Below are positions 55,118-64,000 of a stretch of DNA of 64,000 nt, piece by piece (the first letter of the stretch is position 1; each line of letters opens with the position of its first letter). Below the pieces are notes generated by a model. It did not search any database. It worked only from the letters and a program-made list of their open reading frames with translations, and was not told the DNA's origin. Origin of the DNA: Thermoplasmata archaeon (GTDB taxonomy: Archaea > Thermoplasmatota > Thermoplasmata > Lutacidiplasmatales > UBA184). The stretch spans positions 137,652 through 201,651 of the forward strand of contig JAJYXQ010000043.1 in NCBI GenBank assembly GCA_021796385.1. The letters are read 5' to 3'. Made by a program: the position numbers and the translations under genes.

Positions 55118-55648
55118 TCAGGCCACCTGCATCTGGGCCATGATCTCCTTCGCAAATCGCTTTGTGTCTTCACTCACCTTGATCATGCAAACCCCTCTAC
55201 GAGGTTGCCCATATATAACTAACGTCCCCAGGGGCATCTCCCCGAGCAGCGAAAGGACGGCCAGGTCCTCCTCCCCATCGACCACGATGAGGCCTCCACC
55301 GGCGCGGACCCGTTCGTGGATCGCCTCTTGGAGGGCCTCGCTCAGAACTCCCGGCGGGCTCTTGGCATGGGAGGTTCGACCCGCATAGGCGGCCTCCAGC
55401 TCCTGGGACGGCATGCTCCGGACGCGCTCCGTGTGGCCGTCGATTATGGCGAGAAAAGGAAGCGTTCCGGCCGAGACCGAATCCCTTGTGACCATGTCCC
55501 CGCAAGCGGCGAAGGTCTTCACTCCGGCGAGTTCCTTTTGAAGTTCTGGAGTGGAGAGGACCGGGCCGAGCGGGTTCGCAAGCTTCTCACGGAGCCGATC
55601 CGGTAGGCGCAGGCTCCGATAGTGATATTCACTTGACCCGGAGGGCAT
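55118..55648 (-). CDS. DUF359 family GTP-dependent dephospho-CoA kinase
   Basis: LR.KL..PLG, GD.VT, IIDG.T.R, PPG, VDGEEDL, YGQP..G; conserved position after spt4. Confidence 0.88.
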   Translation of the reverse strand: MPSGSSEYHYRSLRLPDRLREKLANPLGPVLSTPELQKELAGVKTFAACGDMVTRDSVSAGTLPFLAIIDGHTERVRSMPSQELEAAYAGRTSHAKSPPGVLSEALQEAIHERVRAGGGLIVVDGEEDLAVLSLLGEMPLGTLVIYGQPRRGVCMIKVSEDTKRFAKEIMAQMQVA

Positions 55649-55814
55649 AGCGTCCGGGGGCCTTGATCCCGAGCTTCTGGGATATCTGGGACTTTTCCAC
55701 GTCGAGGACGACCACATACCCTTGCCATTCGCGGCTTGTCTCCCCCCCGCAGTTCGGACACTTGGTGCCCTCACAGACGAGGTGGCATTGACGGCACGCC
55801 TTCAGACTGATCAT
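55629..55814 (-). CDS. spt4: Transcription elongation factor Spt4 (RpoE'')
   Basis: KACRQC, CPNCG, W.GYV, S.I...LGI..PG.YAL.V. Confidence 0.95.
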   Translation of the reverse strand: MISLKACRQCHLVCEGTKCPNCGGETSREWQGYVVVLDVEKSQISQKLGIKAPGRYALRVK

Positions 55815-55817
55815 GAC

Positions 55818-56456
55818 CTACGCCTTCCCCTTGGCGGGCGCAACGTGCGGAGTGGCCGCGGCCGGTGCGGCATGGCCGCTCGACCGAGCTCGGCCTTCGC
55901 CCTTCTCCTTCTTCTTGCGCGCCTCAACGATCCACTCGAGCCGACCCAGACCGGGTTGGCGCATCGTGAGACCGATCCGGCTGTCCCGCGGTGAGATCTC
56001 GGAGAGCGAGAGCGAAACGATACGGACCCGGACCTTGTGGCCGACCTTCAGGTCCTTCTTGGACTCGACACCGATGAGTCGCTGGTTGCGCTCGTCGACG
56101 TTCACCCGCTCATCGAGGACCTGGCTCACGTGGAGCAGTCCGTCGAGTGGGCCGATCCGTACGAAGGCCCCGAACTTGCATATCTCGACGACCTGCCCCT
56201 CGATGACCTCGTGGAGTTCGGGTCGGAACAGTAGGGCGCGATAGTCCACATCTTGGTATACGCCCCCGTCCCCATGGATGATGCGTCCGTTGCCGACGGG
56301 ATTGACATCCATGACGGTTACCGTAAGACTGGAGCCCCCGACGAACTTTCCCTCGAACTGCTCCCGGGCGAGTTCTTGGATAACGTTCTTCGAATCTGTA
56401 CCCAACCGGGAGGGCGGTATCCGCACGACATCGTGACGGTCGTCTATGTAATACAT
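55818..56456 (-). CDS. rpoE: RNA polymerase subunit E' (Rpo7)
   Basis: VRIPP, GDGGVY, FGAFV.IGP.DGLLHVSQ, IGLTMRQPGLG. Confidence 0.97.
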   Translation of the reverse strand: MYYIDDRHDVVRIPPSRLGTDSKNVIQELAREQFEGKFVGGSSLTVTVMDVNPVGNGRIIHGDGGVYQDVDYRALLFRPELHEVIEGQVVEICKFGAFVRIGPLDGLLHVSQVLDERVNVDERNQRLIGVESKKDLKVGHKVRVRIVSLSLSEISPRDSRIGLTMRQPGLGRLEWIVEARKKKEKGEGRARSSGHAAPAAATPHVAPAKGKA

Positions 56457-56543
56457 CGGTTGTCTGGGGGACAGAGCCTAAGCTATAAAAGCTCAGCTTG
56501 GAGCCGATGCTTCACCGGGGGGTAGGGGCCACCCGCAGGGCCG

Positions 56544-58040
56544 TTAGTGTGCGGGCGGCGGGGGGTAGTTCCCCGGGTAGCTCGGCTGCTGGGGGCCCAC
56601 GTAGGGTTGCGGCTGGGTCGGCATGGGTCCCGCAGGGTTTCCCGCGGCCATCGCCCGGCTCTTTCGGCGCCGGCCCATCCAGAGCACGGCACCCAAGATC
56701 ACCACGACGGCCACGATAACGACTACGAGCACCAGCATGAGCGGGAATCCCGCCGGGCTGGAACTGCTGCCCTGGGCTGCCTGCAGGTTCGAAGCTGCGG
56801 CCTGGGTGGCGGCCTGGGGGGTCTCCGGCTTGGTCTGGGTGGACTTTCCACCCAAGTTACCGCCGTTCGATCCCACCACACCAAGGTGGGCACCACCGAA
56901 CTGGTAGTAGAACTCATCCGAGCCCGCCGCCCCAAGCGCCGGGTGGTGAGCCCCGCCCATCAGGGAAAGGGGTCCGACGCCGCTGCCTGAGGTGGAGGAG
57001 ACCAGGGTGGAAGGCACTAGGACGACACCGTCAGAGAAGCCCCAGTTGCCCGTGGTGGATAGCTGGATGTCCTGAGCCGTCGGGGATTGGCCGTTCACAG
57101 TCGTCGGGAGGTTGATGGTCCCGAGATCCGTGCCCATGAGGCTGACGTACCCGGTGCCGGTCGCACTGAGCGATCCACTGGTAGAGTTCGCGTAGATGCA
57201 GCTCTGGCCCGAGAGATGCCAGGTGGCTGGGCATCCGGCGCTCGTGCCGTTGCCAAGTCCGCCGGCAAAGGCCTCGGGGACCACGACGTACTCGTGGGCA
57301 TTCGCACTGACGGCGCCTGAAGCCGTGTAGTTGCTCACGGAGGTCCATGACTCACCGGTCGTTGGGTTCATCGGGATAAGGCCGAGGGACGGGGCAAAGT
57401 TGATCTGGGCGTTCCCGTTCACATTGGCCCCAAGGGAGCCGTTCGCCGAATAGGAACTGGAAGTGCCTGCGTACGTGCTGGAGGCGGAGGCAGCGAAGTT
57501 GGCGTTCACATTGGCCGCGATGTAGGTCTGGGCGTTCTCGACGGCCAGTGCCGTAGCCGTGCTGCTGGTGCCGCCGCTCGTGACCGTGACCTGGCCGGAG
57601 TTGGTGAAGTTGATGAAGTCGTTCACAACGTACCAACCGTTTGCGTTGACATTGAAGGAACCGGAGGAAGAGTAGCCGGAAGAGGAGGATCCCTGGTAGT
57701 TCGCATTGACCGATGCAACGATCGTGAGGGCCTCGTAGACTTCGACCATCTCACCGCCCGAGGTGTTGGTCTGGATGTAGATCACTTGGAGGCCGAGCTG
57801 AAGGGACCCGGATTCGTGGAACGAACTGCTGTACGAGGTATTGTTCCCGTAAAGGCTCCCCAACTGGCTGTCGTTCCAATACCATGCCCCACCATACGCC
57901 CAGGCATTCCCGGTCGAACCCGCAGGGATCGTTGGGGGTGGAGGGGGAGAGGACGCCGAGGCCAAGGGGACAGCCAGCAACATTCCCGCGATCACGGTCA
58001 ATACGCCAAGCGCCTTCCAGTTCAGGGTTCCGTCAGACAT
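56544..58040 (-). CDS. Secreted Ser/Thr/Gly/Asn-rich cell-surface protein with C-terminal TM anchor
   Basis: Signal peptide, poly-Pro linker, many N-x-S/T sequons, TM + RRRK, P/Q/Y-rich cytoplasmic tail. Confidence 0.8.
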   Translation of the reverse strand: MSDGTLNWKALGVLTVIAGMLLAVPLASASSPPPPPTIPAGSTGNAWAYGGAWYWNDSQLGSLYGNNTSYSSSFHESGSLQLGLQVIYIQTNTSGGEMVEVYEALTIVASVNANYQGSSSSGYSSSGSFNVNANGWYVVNDFINFTNSGQVTVTSGGTSSTATALAVENAQTYIAANVNANFAASASSTYAGTSSSYSANGSLGANVNGNAQINFAPSLGLIPMNPTTGESWTSVSNYTASGAVSANAHEYVVVPEAFAGGLGNGTSAGCPATWHLSGQSCIYANSTSGSLSATGTGYVSLMGTDLGTINLPTTVNGQSPTAQDIQLSTTGNWGFSDGVVLVPSTLVSSTSGSGVGPLSLMGGAHHPALGAAGSDEFYYQFGGAHLGVVGSNGGNLGGKSTQTKPETPQAATQAAASNLQAAQGSSSSPAGFPLMLVLVVVIVAVVVILGAVLWMGRRRKSRAMAAGNPAGPMPTQPQPYVGPQQPSYPGNYPPPPAH

Positions 58041-58160
58041 GTTAGAAAACATCACCGCGCATCAAGTATATGAAGCTATGTTCAGACGCCGACGGGCCTG
58101 CGGGAACGTTCCGACGTCACTTACACGGTGATTTCGAGCGGCATCGCCCCGGTCCCCCGC

Positions 58161-59132
58161 CTATAGCCAGCCCTTTTCCACGGCTTCGAGCGCATGATAG
58201 GTGAACACGATGTCGGCCCCAGCCCGGAAGAATGCCGTCAGGATCTCAGGCACCAACCGTTCCTCGGTCACCCAACCCTTCTCCGCGGCGGCCTTCACTT
58301 GGGCGTACTCCCCGCTCACATGGTAAGCGGCCAGGGGGTGGCTGAACCGCTCCCGGGCCCTCCAGAGGAGGTCAAGCTGCGTGAGCCCCGGCTTGACCAT
58401 GAGTGCATCGGCACCCTCCTCGACATCCAATGCTAGCTCTCGCAGGCCCTCCCGTGCGTTCGCATAGTCCATTTGGTACCCTTTGCGATCGCCCACTTCA
58501 GGGGCCGAATCTTCGGCCTCTCGGAACGGCTCGTAGAGCGCACTAGCGCTCTTGAGGCCATAGGACAGTATGGCCGTGTCTTTGAACCCTGCGCCATCGA
58601 GACCGGCCCGGAGGGCCGAGACCTGACCGTCCGCCATGGCGCTCGGAGCCACCCAGTCGGCGCCTGCGCTCGCATACGCGACCGCCGTCCTCGAAAGGGC
58701 GGAGAGGGTCGTGTCGTTGTCTACCCTTCCCCCCTTCCCGAGCCCGCATTGCCCGGAACGCGTGTAGGCACAAAGACAGACGTCCGCAATGAGGGTCAAG
58801 GAAGTCGTCCCGGAGTGTCTTCGGAGGAATCTCGGGATGACCCCCCGTGGGTCCCAGGCACCCGCCCCATCTTCCCGCTTACGTTCAGGTCGACCGAATA
58901 GGAGCAGACCGCCCAGTCGTGCCTTCTCTGCGCGGCGCACGATGGCATCCGCTTGTTCCAGCGGATACCTGAACTGACCTGGCATGGCCGCGATCGGCTC
59001 TTCCCGAGAGAGCGCGGGATCTAAGAAGATGGGGAGGAAGAGCCGCTGGGGAACGATCCGTGTTTCCCGCAGCGTTTCCCTGAGCCACGGTGTCCGGCGA
59101 AGTCGTCGCAAGCGCACCGCAGGGTATCCCAT
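58161..59132 (-). CDS. hemB: Porphobilinogen synthase
   Basis: RLRRLR, DVCLC.Y...G.C, APS.M.DG, R.GYQMD, MVKP, YHVSGEY. Confidence 0.96.
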   Translation of the reverse strand: MGYPAVRLRRLRRTPWLRETLRETRIVPQRLFLPIFLDPALSREEPIAAMPGQFRYPLEQADAIVRRAEKARLGGLLLFGRPERKREDGAGAWDPRGVIPRFLRRHSGTTSLTLIADVCLCAYTRSGQCGLGKGGRVDNDTTLSALSRTAVAYASAGADWVAPSAMADGQVSALRAGLDGAGFKDTAILSYGLKSASALYEPFREAEDSAPEVGDRKGYQMDYANAREGLRELALDVEEGADALMVKPGLTQLDLLWRARERFSHPLAAYHVSGEYAQVKAAAEKGWVTEERLVPEILTAFFRAGADIVFTYHALEAVEKGWL

Positions 59133-59136
59133 GGTC

Positions 59137-60360
59137 CTAAGCGGGTGTCGGGACGATGAGGAGCCGCTCGGCCACGGCGATCGCCTTTGTGCGCTCTTCG
59201 GGCGAGAGACTGCGCAAGGAGACGATGCTAGGCAGGAGCAAACGCTTGATGAGGCTCGTCGAGAGGTTCCGGATCACGGTCTCCGCTTCCGGGGGAGAAC
59301 CGAGCAGTGAGAGCGCCTTCTCACGCTCCTCACGGGCCACCATCTCCGCCTGGGCCAACAGTCGCTCGGCAAAGCGGGCGATGTCCCGCTCCTCCTGCAC
59401 CCGGGCAAACTCCCGGGATTCTTCCCGCACGATGCGGCGAGCGCTCTGGATGGAGCCCGCCTTCCCTAGCGAGATCCGATGGGACTCCCGTCGGAGGTCC
59501 TCCATGGTGACCCGGACAAACTGATGGGGGTGACCTTTCACGCCCAAGTTGGGCGGCACTCCCAGGTCGACCACTGTGAGCGCAGTATCACGCCCTCGCG
59601 TGGTCTCCGGGGAGATCAAAAGGAGCGGTCGTTGGGTCTCGGCGGCGCAGAACACGACGTCGAACCGCTTGAGGTTCCGCGCCAGCTCCCCCGGGGTCAC
59701 AGCCTCGAAACCTCCCTGGGAACGAAGTTCCTTCCGTCGCCGCTCGGACCGAGCTGCAACGGTCACGTTCCGAGCCCCGTCCCGGAGGAGCCGGGAGAGG
59801 ATCTTCCCGCCCAACTGTCCGGCCCCCAGGACCCCGATGCGGGGGTGGGTCAGGTCCGGGTGTTCCCGGCGGGCCTGATCGATCGCCAAGCGAGCCAGGG
59901 AGGTAACACCGTCGTGCAGGTGGGTCTCGTTCCGCACTCGCTTTCCGACGTGGATCGCCCGTTCGAAGAGCTCGGAAAGTGCGCGGTCCGTGAAACCGGC
60001 GTTGGTCGCCGTCTGATACGCAGACCGGACCTGGCCCTGGATCTCGTCCTCGCCAATGAGCTCTGAATCTAGGCCTGCAGACACCTCGAAGAGGTGTTCG
60101 ACCACCCGTACCCCGGAATACAGTTCTTGGTGGGGGTCCAATCGGAAGGAACCGATGAAACGGCGGACGGCAGGCTCCACCCCATCGGGCATCGAGAGGT
60201 AGAGCTCAAAGCGGTTGCAGGTCCGGAGGGCCACTCCTGCGGTCGTCGGATGGTGGCGGAGCGTCCGGCGCAGAAGATCTTGGGCCTTCTGTTCCGAGAG
60301 CTTGTCCAGCGAAGCCAGACCACTGCGCCGGGAGCGAACGCTCAGGCAGAGTAGACCCAT
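59137..60360 (-). CDS. hemA: Glutamyl-tRNA reductase
   Basis: TCNRFE, HLF.V.AGLDS..IGE.EI.GQV, GAG.LG, DLGVP.N; TTTAAA at 60395-60400. Confidence 0.95.
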   Translation of the reverse strand: MGLLCLSVRSRRSGLASLDKLSEQKAQDLLRRTLRHHPTTAGVALRTCNRFELYLSMPDGVEPAVRRFIGSFRLDPHQELYSGVRVVEHLFEVSAGLDSELIGEDEIQGQVRSAYQTATNAGFTDRALSELFERAIHVGKRVRNETHLHDGVTSLARLAIDQARREHPDLTHPRIGVLGAGQLGGKILSRLLRDGARNVTVAARSERRRKELRSQGGFEAVTPGELARNLKRFDVVFCAAETQRPLLLISPETTRGRDTALTVVDLGVPPNLGVKGHPHQFVRVTMEDLRRESHRISLGKAGSIQSARRIVREESREFARVQEERDIARFAERLLAQAEMVAREEREKALSLLGSPPEAETVIRNLSTSLIKRLLLPSIVSLRSLSPEERTKAIAVAERLLIVPTPA

Positions 60361-60497
60361 GCCACGCCTCGCAGGTATCTGAGGTCGCTTCGGATTTAAA
60401 GCATGCCTCGAACCCCAAGGGCCGCCACTCTCATAGCGGAAGGCGACGGTGCACTCTCTTGCACGCGGCCAGAGTCGAACGGATGCGGCCGAAAGGC

Positions 60498-60905
60498 CTA
60501 CTGCGCGATCTCGACCTTTTCCTGCGCTAGGCGGGAAGCGTGAGCCACCCGGACCTTCCACTTCCCTTCTACCTTGCCACCACCGAGCAGGCGGTCGATG
60601 CCGGCCCCCGTGAGGTCGGCCACGTTCACCGCCCCCTCCGAAGTCAGTAGCCCCTTCTCCTTGAGAAGAGGTGCGAGCGTGGGAAGCTCCCCGACGTTCA
60701 CCGCCACGGGATAGGACATCGCCGCAGCGGGGCGCTTGAAACCATGGCGTCCGAAATGGTCCGGCGCATAGATGAGCATGCTCTTGAACTTGTGCTTGTG
60801 TAGACCAGCATTGCCAGTACCGCCGCGCTTTCCCGCTCCCCGGCCCGCCTTGGTCCCTCGGCCATGGGTCCGGGATCCGCGGAACTTCCTTGTCTTTGAA
60901 ACCAT
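60498..60905 (-). CDS. rpl15: Ribosomal protein uL15
   Basis: RGSRTHGRG, RGG.GNAG..KH, FG..GF, LLG.G. Confidence 0.96.
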   Translation of the reverse strand: MVSKTRKFRGSRTHGRGTKAGRGAGKRGGTGNAGLHKHKFKSMLIYAPDHFGRHGFKRPAAAMSYPVAVNVGELPTLAPLLKEKGLLTSEGAVNVADLTGAGIDRLLGGGKVEGKWKVRVAHASRLAQEKVEIAQ

Positions 60906-60924
60906 ATTCCTACCTCCTTCCCCT

Positions 60925-61371
60925 TCAGATCATCCGGCGGGCCACCGCGTTCATGTCATCCTTGGTTCCCGCCGCTCGGAACCCGAGGGCACCGCCCATT
61001 GTGAAGGGCTTCTTTGTGGATCGCCAGCCCCCGGTCGGTGCCTTGAGCCGGAACACCGGTACCACGGACCCCTTTACCCCACGGAGTCCCTCCTTGGCGG
61101 CCTGAGGGGCGAGCTTCTTCGCTTCCCCATCGGCCAACGGTTCCCCGTCCGGCTGCTTCCCGCGTCCCTTCAGGAGCAACTCCACGGTCTCGACCGACAC
61201 CGGACCCCAGGTGACATATCCCTGGACCCGGGTCAGCATCCCGCGGTAGGATTCCTCCTCGGGAAGGATGGTTGCGTGGTTTGGCCTGTGCAACCGGAGT
61301 TCCCGGAAGGTGGCCAGGATGTCCCGGTGGGCGTGGATGCCTCCCCGCACACGCACGACGAGCCACACCAT
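60925..61371 (-). CDS. rpl30: Ribosomal protein uL30
   Basis: C-terminal 148 aa of ORF 60925..62229: VVRVRG, LRL.RPN, YVTWG, FRL..P.GG. Confidence 0.94.
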   Translation of the reverse strand: MVWLVVRVRGGIHAHRDILATFRELRLHRPNHATILPEEESYRGMLTRVQGYVTWGPVSVETVELLLKGRGKQPDGEPLADGEAKKLAPQAAKEGLRGVKGSVVPVFRLKAPTGGWRSTKKPFTMGGALGFRAAGTKDDMNAVARRMI

Positions 61372-62189
61372 CAGAACCGACCTCCGCCCCCGCGCCGGCG
61401 CGGTCCTCCCCGGCCGGGTCCGCCCCGACCGGGTCCGCCCCGACCTCCCCCGCCCCGCCGCTCGCCTTCGGGCAGCGGTTCGATCTTCGGGAGGATGGAA
61501 GTACCGGTGGGACCCCGGATCATCTTGAGCCGGTTCAGATCCGCCGGTGGAACCTTCAAGAGAGAGAGCTTTCGCATCGCATCGAAGGCGGCCATGGCAT
61601 AGTTCACGGTGGTCTTGGTGTGACCTTGGGTGAATCCCCACGCGTCCTTGATGCCGGCGAACCTTAGGACGGGCTTGGCCACATCTCCGACGGCGAGCCC
61701 GACCCCCTGGGGAGCCGGCTTGAACGTCACCCGAATGCTGCCGCACTTTCCGGTGACCGAGAAAGGGAGCGAATGCGGACGGTAACACCCGCACTCCCAA
61801 CTGCCACAGCCCCGGATGACTTCGATGAGGTTGAGCTTTGCCCGGTCGATGGCCGTACGGATGGCCGGGCCGACCTCCTTGCCCTTCGACCGTCCGAGCC
61901 CCACGACACCATCCCCGTTCCCAACGACGACCGTAATGGCGAACTTGAGCCGCCGGCCCGAATCCGTCATCCGCTGGACCATGTTCACATCCAGCACTTC
62001 GTCCTGCATCTCCGGCAGGAGGATGTCCACGATCTGGGATTCCTTGATGGAGAGACCGCTGTGATAGGCCTCGGAGAAGGTCGTGATCTCGCCGGCACGG
62101 ACCCGCTTCCCGAGTTCCGTGCGAGGCATCCAGGACGCCGTGGGGTCCGGGGCCCCTTCCCGGTTGTCGCCTCGGCCTTCGCTCCTCAT
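61371..62189 (-). CDS. rps5: Ribosomal protein uS5 with C-terminal RGG extension
   Basis: [31 protein letters not shown]. Confidence 0.97.
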   Translation of the reverse strand: MRSEGRGDNREGAPDPTASWMPRTELGKRVRAGEITTFSEAYHSGLSIKESQIVDILLPEMQDEVLDVNMVQRMTDSGRRLKFAITVVVGNGDGVVGLGRSKGKEVGPAIRTAIDRAKLNLIEVIRGCGSWECGCYRPHSLPFSVTGKCGSIRVTFKPAPQGVGLAVGDVAKPVLRFAGIKDAWGFTQGHTKTTVNYAMAAFDAMRKLSLLKVPPADLNRLKMIRGPTGTSILPKIEPLPEGERRGGGGRGGPGRGGPGRGGPRRRGGGGRF

Positions 62190-62725
62190 GCGCTCTTTCC
62201 CGCCGCCTTGGTCGATGGGGCGACGCCACTTTTGATCTTCTCTATCATCTTGCTTAGGTCCACGGGGATCTTCTCCTTCAAGTGCTGGCCCGAGATCCGG
62301 TCCGCACTCGGGAAGTGCTCCTGCGAATGTGGGATCTGCAGTCCGGCATCCACCAGACCTTTGAGGGCACCCATTACCCTTCCACCCGGGGTCGGATGCG
62401 TCAACCCCCCGTCCAAGACGGCCTCTGGATGGCCCGCGGCGAGGCTTCTTACCCCGGCCAGGTACCCGGTGAGGTAAGCGGCGGTCGTCGAGGTGAGCGA
62501 GTGGTCACCGAATCCAAGCCCGGAGAGCTCGGTGGATTGGGCCTGGGCCGCCACCAAGTCTCCGTGAGGATCGTACCGTGTGAGGGTCACGAGCACGCGG
62601 GCGTTGGTGATCCGAACGACCGCGCGGGGCTTGCCGCTCTTCAGGAGCTTGAGTCGGTATCGGTAGTTCGTCTTGCCGTCCCGCCGGCGTCGGAAATGCA
62701 CTCGATATCGGGGTCCTTCCGCCAT
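62186..62725 (-). CDS. rpl18: Ribosomal protein uL18
   Basis: GPRY.V.FRRRR.GKTNY..R, AYLTG.L.G. Confidence 0.96.
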   Translation of the reverse strand: MAEGPRYRVHFRRRRDGKTNYRYRLKLLKSGKPRAVVRITNARVLVTLTRYDPHGDLVAAQAQSTELSGLGFGDHSLTSTTAAYLTGYLAGVRSLAAGHPEAVLDGGLTHPTPGGRVMGALKGLVDAGLQIPHSQEHFPSADRISGQHLKEKIPVDLSKMIEKIKSGVAPSTKAAGKSA

Positions 62726-62729
62726 GATT

Positions 62730-63185
62730 TCAGCTCTCCTTGAGGAGGCTAGCGAGCTTCAGACTGGAGACGAGGTGGGCCCGGCTACGGAACATGCCTC
62801 CCTTGACCTTCCGATAGTAGGTCCGGTACGACGCGGGGGTGATCTTCTTGTCGCTCCGAAGTTGTGACAGCAACCGGCGCTGGGCGCGGACGAGGTTCAT
62901 CCACCGGTCCTTGCGCGGAAGGCGAGACCGGGGGGTGCCCTTTCGAGAACCGGGACCCTGATGGCGCCCCCGGCGTAGCTCTTCATCGTGGGCCTTTGCA
63001 CGGGCACGGGAGACCCCGCGCACCGGCTTCGCGGCGATGACCCCTACCCGGATCGCGTGTCGGATATCAGAACGGGTGACCGCTTCTTCGAGGTCGACGG
63101 AGCTCTCCGGATCGATCCAGACCCGGTTGACACCGCACTTCAGGACCGCGGCCGCCATGCGGCGCTGATTAGCAAGGTCCGTCAT
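62730..63185 (-). CDS. rpl19e: Ribosomal protein L19e
   Basis: QRR.AA.VL.CG..RVWIDP, GPGSRKG, YR..Y...KGG.F. Confidence 0.96.
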   Translation of the reverse strand: MTDLANQRRMAAAVLKCGVNRVWIDPESSVDLEEAVTRSDIRHAIRVGVIAAKPVRGVSRARAKAHDEELRRGRHQGPGSRKGTPRSRLPRKDRWMNLVRAQRRLLSQLRSDKKITPASYRTYYRKVKGGMFRSRAHLVSSLKLASLLKES

Positions 63186-63658
63186 TCTTCCCCTCCTCCG
63201 CCACCGCCTCGGGCCAAGGGGTTGGCGATCCGGAAGCCCTTCTTGCGGGCGGACTCTTCGAGCCCGAGACGCTTCTTGGTGCCCACGCTGCGACCGATGA
63301 TCACGAGGTGACGGGTCGGCTCGAGCTCCTCCATCTCTCCCGGATGATGGATGACCACCGGGACGAATCCGAGGGCGGTCCGGCCCCGGGTCTGGGCGGG
63401 CGTACCGTACCCGATGGAGACGACCTCCGAACGATAACCGTAATGTCGGCGCTGCTTCGACTGCATCCCGCGCGGACGCCGCCAAGACCCCCATCGGCCG
63501 ATCCGCCAGTAGCGGTGGGCGTGCTGGCGCACGAACAGGGGGTGACGGGACCGGACGGCCCGGCGCACGGCCATGAGGCGGACCTCTTCAGCGGTGAGCG
63601 TGGGACGCCGCTTCTGCGTGTCCTCCTCCTTCGTCTCCTTTGCCTTCTTCTCTGCCAT
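63182..63658 (-). CDS. rpl32e: Ribosomal protein L32e
   Basis: P.F.RQ, WRRPRG..SK.R, IGYG.P, VG.KKR. Confidence 0.95.
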   Translation of the reverse strand: MAEKKAKETKEEDTQKRRPTLTAEEVRLMAVRRAVRSRHPLFVRQHAHRYWRIGRWGSWRRPRGMQSKQRRHYGYRSEVVSIGYGTPAQTRGRTALGFVPVVIHHPGEMEELEPTRHLVIIGRSVGTKKRLGLEESARKKGFRIANPLARGGGGGGEE

Positions 63659-63663
63659 CGTCC

Positions 63664-64000
63664 TCACTCCACAGGTCGAGCCTTCTCGGTGATATAGATG
63701 CCGTCCTGGAACACGCGTGGATCGTAGTTACGAATGTGGGTTGTCTTCTCCATATTGGCCACGGACTGGCCGACGGCCTCGATGTCGATCCCGCTGAACT
63801 TCAGGACTTCCCCCGCGACCTCGACCTTCGTCGTGCCGACCAGGGGCGAGCGCCGGGGGAACTTCTCCCCAAGGAAGTTCTCGATGATCACGTGCCCTTC
63901 CTTCTCGTAGACCTTCATCGGAAAGTGGGCGGAGACCATCTTTGCCTGCGCCACGAAGCCCTTCGTGACCCCGAGTACCATGTTCTTCATGTGGTGTTCC
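63664..64000 (-). CDS. rpl6: Ribosomal protein uL6 (5' part outside window)
   Basis: AHFP, NFLGE, D.E.VGQ, DPRVFQDGIYI. Confidence 0.96.
   Translation of the reverse strand, partial: EHHMKNMVLGVTKGFVAQAKMVSAHFPMKVYEKEGHVIIENFLGEKFPRRSPLVGTTKVEVAGEVLKFSGIDIEAVGQSVANMEKTTHIRNYDPRVFQDGIYITEKARPVE

Noticed and set aside
60925-62229. 434-aa ORF suggesting a large L30 fusion
   Set aside because: The upstream part overlaps rps5 in another frame; L30 starts at ATG 61371

Overview
GC-rich archaeal chromosome segment, most likely from a Thermoplasmata (Thermoplasmatota) lineage. This is an inference from the unsplit RpoB with a Zn-ribbon insert, the rpoH-B-A'-A''-L30e-nusA block, the S13-S4-S11-rpoD block, and DUF835/KaiC genes. 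About half the window is core: RNA polymerase and r-protein operons, map, ndk, a por-type oxidoreductase, split MetE, hemA/hemB, alba and two tRNAs. The most notable items: (1) a tRNA-Lys(UUU) hidden by two non-canonical BHB introns (D-loop 20/21 and T-loop 59/60); (2) an extended RHH regulator followed by a truncated FtsZ-like GTPase lacking the T7 loop and C-domain, with twin TGTC-G-GACA palindromes in the leader and a tiny 2-TM gene downstream; (3) a Kelch-propeller + PKD ectodomain fused to a DppB-type ABC permease, followed by two equal-length DppC paralogues; (4) a STAND-type ATPase-TPR with a DUF835-like domain inserted into its NTPase, next to a KaiC-like ATPase; (5) a DUF2249/hemerythrin/HTH_10/ferredoxin cluster with CGAA-N4-TTCG boxes in both divergent promoters; (6) a spc-type operon ending at L15 with hemA, not secY, downstream. 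Family names come from motif recognition only; no database searches were run, and several start codons were moved by judgement.
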